Below, one piece after another: positions 60,624 through 64,000 of a stretch of 64,000 nt of DNA (the first letter of the stretch is position 1; each line of letters starts with the position of its first letter). Position numbers and translations under genes: made by a program. The stretch covers positions 544,001 through 608,000 of the forward strand of contig CAWIIP010000004.1 of NCBI GenBank assembly GCA_963836235.1. Direction: 5' to 3'. A model generated the notes under the pieces. That model had not been told where the DNA came from and made no database searches. It saw only the letters and a program-made list of their open reading frames with translations. The stretch is from an uncultured Pseudomonadota bacterium (lineage in GTDB: Bacteria > Oederibacteriota > Muellerivitia > Muellerivitales > Muellerivitaceae).

Positions 60624-60893
60624 GGGTCGAGTTTATAAAAGATTGCTCTCGATTTTTTTTAGACAGCTTTCACGGTGAATTTCAGGATAGCTTTTTTCGT
60701 CATACTCTTAAGGTTGGTTGAGATATTTCCGAAGTTTCCATGCACCTGCCTTCCTAGTGACTCGCAAGCGATTGGTCGATTATGCGTTCCAAAAACACTG
60801 CAACTTGTTCGTATAAAATGTGGCCCATGTCTTGAAACCGCTTTCACTCCTAATGCAAATCCGTTAAAAAGCGATTCCCTCGAAAATTGTTTG

Positions 60894-60921
60894 CTTTACT
60901 GTTTCTTTAACGCTTCTTTAC
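60894..60921 (+). promoter_or_regulatory. Three phased CTTTA(C/A) repeats (11-bp period) upstream of the 733-aa paralogue
   Basis: TTTAC 60895, TTTAA 60906, TTTAC 60917. Confidence 0.6.
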
Positions 60922-61002
60922 CCCGCTTTAAGCTTAAATTTTTTAGATTGTGATAACGTTCAATTAATAAAGATCGCAAATAAGTCGGCTTAGAGGTGAT
61001 GA

Positions 61003-63204
61003 GTGTTCTTCGAAAAGAAACTAAAAACGATTGTCACTGATTTCAAAAAGATCTCGGAGAAACGTTCTCCGTCTTTATTTAGCGGCTCCAAGTCAAACTC
61101 TTTTGGTTTCTTGCAAGGACAACCGATTCTTGAAAGAAATTCTTCTTTAAGATTTGTGCTCTTCCTTATTTTGTTTTTGGCTTCTACTGGAATTGGCCGC
61201 GCCTGGACTAACGGTAACTTTACCGCCGGGTTGACGGGCTGGACGACTTCCTTTGCCAACCCCGGACTTGCCAATGGTTGTACTAATCCTTCGGCGACAG
61301 TAGTCAACGCGACTACGGTATCGGCTAAAGGCGCAGGTGTTGTTCCCAACTCCGATGGCTTACTTCCAAACCACCCGGCCTGTAGCCCGGACGCAGTCCA
61401 GCTTTGGCCGTCCCACGGGGAAGCTAACCACGGAGATTGGGTCCAAATCCAGCAAACCGATACGGTACCTACCAACGGCAACACTTGTTTCACTTTCTGG
61501 TTCGCTGGTGTCTTTGAAAACTATCATTATTTACAGGGACAAACCGCTAATAATTCTGACAGTTATCTACTTGTCAACATGATCGTCGGTGGGGCAGTGG
61601 TGGCTTCGCTCAACTATAGTTGGGAAACAACACTTCCTCAAATTATTCAACTTACCAATGCCCAAGTTCCCGCCGTCGGGGACGGTACCGTTTGCGACAT
61701 CAACGGAACCCCCAACAATTGGGGTTACGTACCTTGGACCGAGTACGAAATCAACCTTTGCCAATATGCCGGGCAACAAGTGACCTTCCAGGCCACTTTT
61801 TATGATTGCGATATGGGCGGCCATTATGGCTTTGGGAATATCAGTTGCCTTAACTGGAATTCCTGCCCTCCGCCCGCGATGAAAATCACCAAGGCAAATA
61901 CACCTTCGGGCTTAGTGAGCGCAGGGCAGACCATCACTTACACCATCAACTATTCGAATGCCGGAACTGGCCCCGCGGACGGAGTCGTCATTAACGACAC
62001 GATTCCCAATGGGACAACTTTTGTGCCGGGATCGATGACAAGTAATCCTATTGCCTTTTTTACTAATCAAGTAGGGAACGACCTCATTTGGGACGTGGGA
62101 TATGTGGCGGCCGGAGCCACCGGCAGCCTTTCTTTCAAAGTAACGGCCCCTGATAGTCAATGCGTGACTTTCACCAATGTCGCGGCGGAGACGGATCTCA
62201 CCGTGGCTTGCGGTACCACCCCGCCTCTCTCCAATCCCGTGACAAATTGGCTGGGTGGATGTACACCGACGCCAATACCAACTCACACCGCCACTACGGC
62301 TTTCACCTCTACACCCTCCCATACACCCACCGTGCCACCCACTGCCACCGCCACCACGGTTTTCACCACCACTCCGACCAATACACCTACTCCACAACCC
62401 ACTGCCACGGCTATTGCGCATGCTCCCACCTCGACACCCACCAATACCTTTACGGCTCTAAGCACCAATGTGGCTACCGCCGTGGCGCAGCCTAGCAACA
62501 CACCTACCGTTGATCCGACACCAATGAACACAGTTGTTTCCACGGTAGTGGCGGCCGCAACCCCAACACGCATTCCTAGAGAGGATTGGCCGACCTACGT
62601 GGCAACCGCCTTGGCTGCTGCGACCGAGACTCCAGTAGATCCCTTTAGAAGGCATTGGCCGGATATATGGGCCACGGCGGTGGCGGCGCTCACGGCGACC
62701 CCTACCAATACCTTTACGCCGTCAACGCCTATCGTAGCCACGGCTGTAGTGGCGTCTACGATGACTCCTACGAATACTTTTACCCCGTCAACGCCTATCG
62801 TGGCCACTGTCGTAGCGGGAGCCTCGATGACTCCTACCCTTACTTTTACGCCGGTAACGCCGATCGTGGCTACCGCGGTGGCGGCGGTGGCTCACCAAGG
62901 GAGTCACAACAACATTTCCGGCCCCGGCGCGGTGACCGCATGGCCGAACATTTTAAAGGCTTCCAGCGGATCAATGGTGACAACGTTCCATACGGACTCA
63001 TCCTTCAGCCTAACTTTGAATGTGTCCATTTACACGATAGCGGGTGAGCTGATTCAGGTGATTGACGGAAGCCAAGGAAGCAACCAAGCTACCTGGAACG
63101 CGACCGGGCTTGCCAGTGGAGTCTATTTAGCGGTCGTGGAAGAAATGGACGCGAATGGCGGCTTGCTGAGCCGGCAGACCGTCAAGATCGCGGTGATCAA
63201 ATAA
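61003..63204 (+). CDS. Short paralogue of the 1955-aa protein: same head, short Thr/Ala stalk, CTD
   Basis: Mature N-terminal ~350 aa essentially identical to 54756..60623; ends AWPNIL..IYTIAGEL..ASGVY..KIAVIK. Confidence 0.88.
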   Translation: MFFEKKLKTIVTDFKKISEKRSPSLFSGSKSNSFGFLQGQPILERNSSLRFVLFLILFLASTGIGRAWTNGNFTAGLTGWTTSFANPGLANGCTNPSATVVNATTVSAKGAGVVPNSDGLLPNHPACSPDAVQLWPSHGEANHGDWVQIQQTDTVPTNGNTCFTFWFAGVFENYHYLQGQTANNSDSYLLVNMIVGGAVVASLNYSWETTLPQIIQLTNAQVPAVGDGTVCDINGTPNNWGYVPWTEYEINLCQYAGQQVTFQATFYDCDMGGHYGFGNISCLNWNSCPPPAMKITKANTPSGLVSAGQTITYTINYSNAGTGPADGVVINDTIPNGTTFVPGSMTSNPIAFFTNQVGNDLIWDVGYVAAGATGSLSFKVTAPDSQCVTFTNVAAETDLTVACGTTPPLSNPVTNWLGGCTPTPIPTHTATTAFTSTPSHTPTVPPTATATTVFTTTPTNTPTPQPTATAIAHAPTSTPTNTFTALSTNVATAVAQPSNTPTVDPTPMNTVVSTVVAAATPTRIPREDWPTYVATALAAATETPVDPFRRHWPDIWATAVAALTATPTNTFTPSTPIVATAVVASTMTPTNTFTPSTPIVATVVAGASMTPTLTFTPVTPIVATAVAAVAHQGSHNNISGPGAVTAWPNILKASSGSMVTTFHTDSSFSLTLNVSIYTIAGELIQVIDGSQGSNQATWNATGLASGVYLAVVEEMDANGGLLSRQTVKIAVIK
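61225..62273 (+). repeat. ~1.05-kb direct repeat, copy 2
   Basis: Matches 55005-56053. Confidence 0.95.
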
Positions 63205-63380
63205 AGCCTAATGGATTTCAATGTCCAGGGCGGACTCAAACGGGTTTCGTCCCCTCGTAAAGTTTCACGGGTTCCGATAAACCTTTCAGGGGGACAGGGC
63301 CCCGGACGCCCCCACCAGCCCAAAATCGGTCAAAAAATGTTCAGCTCTTGTTAAATTTCGCCTGTCGCCGGTTTTTTTAT

Positions 63381-63410
63381 TTGACCCTCCCCATTTCACC
63401 CGCCTAGAAT
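63381..63410 (+). promoter_or_regulatory. Possible sigma70 promoter of the parB-like gene
   Basis: TTGACC, 18-nt spacer, TAGAAT; AGGAGG RBS before ATG 63479. Confidence 0.5.
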
Positions 63411-63478
63411 TTATTCCAGCCGCCATTCTCCGCGCCTTCGCGCCGGATTTTGGCTACCGTCCACTTTCAGGAGGCCCT

Positions 63479-64000
63479 ATGGAAACCGTCCCTATATCCC
63501 AGGCCGTCGTGAAGATCCCCCTGGACCAAATCCTGGTCGTCCCGGAAGACAACCCCCGGGGCGCCTATTCCCGGCAGGAATTGGAGGAGATGGTCGCGTC
63601 CCTCAAGCTGGGGGGCCAGCAGGTGCCCATCCTCCTTCGGCCCCGCGCGCAAGAAGAGATATCCCAAGCCCATCCGGATAAGCCTTACAAGCTGGTGGGG
63701 GGCTACCTGCGGGTGGCCGCCGCGCCCCTGGCGGGTCTGACGGCCCTGGATGCCATCGCCGGCCTATGACCCCCCGGCTGGCCCGGAAAGCCGCCATCCT
63801 GGATAACGTCCGCAAAGATATGAATTGGCTGGCCTGGGGTGAGGCCGCCGAAAGCCTATTGGCGGACGACCCCGACATGACCATCCAGGACGCCGCCGAT
63901 CTTATTGGGCAAAACCGTACCAAGGTCAGCCGGGTCCAAAAGCTTTTAAAGGTCTTAAGCAAGCCGGCCCGGGATGCCATTCGTGCAAATTGCACGACCC
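63479..64000 (+). pseudogene. ParB/RepB/Spo0J-like gene split by a 1-nt frameshift near 63760, truncated by the window end
   Basis: First frame: 'IPLDQI..NPR..LEEMVASLK..GQQVPILLRP..LVGGYLRVAAA'. Second frame from 63766: MTPRLARKAAILDN..MTIQDAADLIGQNRTKVSRVQKLL (ParB HTH). Confidence 0.75.

Noticed and set aside
60624-60890. Riboswitch or small ORF (60675..60953) in the long intergenic gap
   Set aside because: No recognisable riboswitch consensus (including c-di-GMP); the ORF has no RBS or motif support and overlaps the putative regulator boxes
55005-62273. Possible diversity-generating retroelement TR/VR pair
   Set aside because: The repeat is ~1 kb, the few differences are synonymous rather than adenine-specific diversification, and no reverse transcriptase is in the window

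Overview
A 64-kb bacterial chromosomal window from a diderm organism. Its housekeeping genes and Thr-stalked surface proteins suggest a little-studied candidate phylum rather than Bacteroidota, but this is inference and unverified. Left to right: (1) 1-8.8 kb, a visibly GC-richer hybrid type II secretion/type IV pilus cluster (gspF end, gspE, pilMNOP-like genes, TPR/cohesin secretin, four pseudopilins). (2) 8.9-20 kb, FmdB, a bat/MoxR operon and yicC-gmk-rpoZ-coaBC. (3) 20-36 kb, secreted proteins with T9SS-like C-terminal sorting domains, each overlapping a PorV-like barrel gene, plus a partner-switching signalling module. (4) pilZ, gltX, a GNAT and tRNA-Gln(CTG). (5) 39-63 kb, an island of Thr-rich CTD-bearing surface proteins with an LMF1 homologue, a third cargo/barrel pair coupled to a two-component system, and AraC. 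(6) A frameshifted ParB-like gene at the right edge. Best candidate for an undescribed system: a repeated, translationally coupled architecture 'CTD cargo > PorV/PorP-like barrel fused to TPRs > HAMP inner-membrane signalling enzyme > output regulator'. A phased 11-bp TTTAC box recurs upstream of four genes near the OmpR-type regulator. Together these suggest a T9SS-derived trans-envelope signalling relay that controls a surface-protein regulon. All family assignments are from motif recognition by eye; no searches were run.
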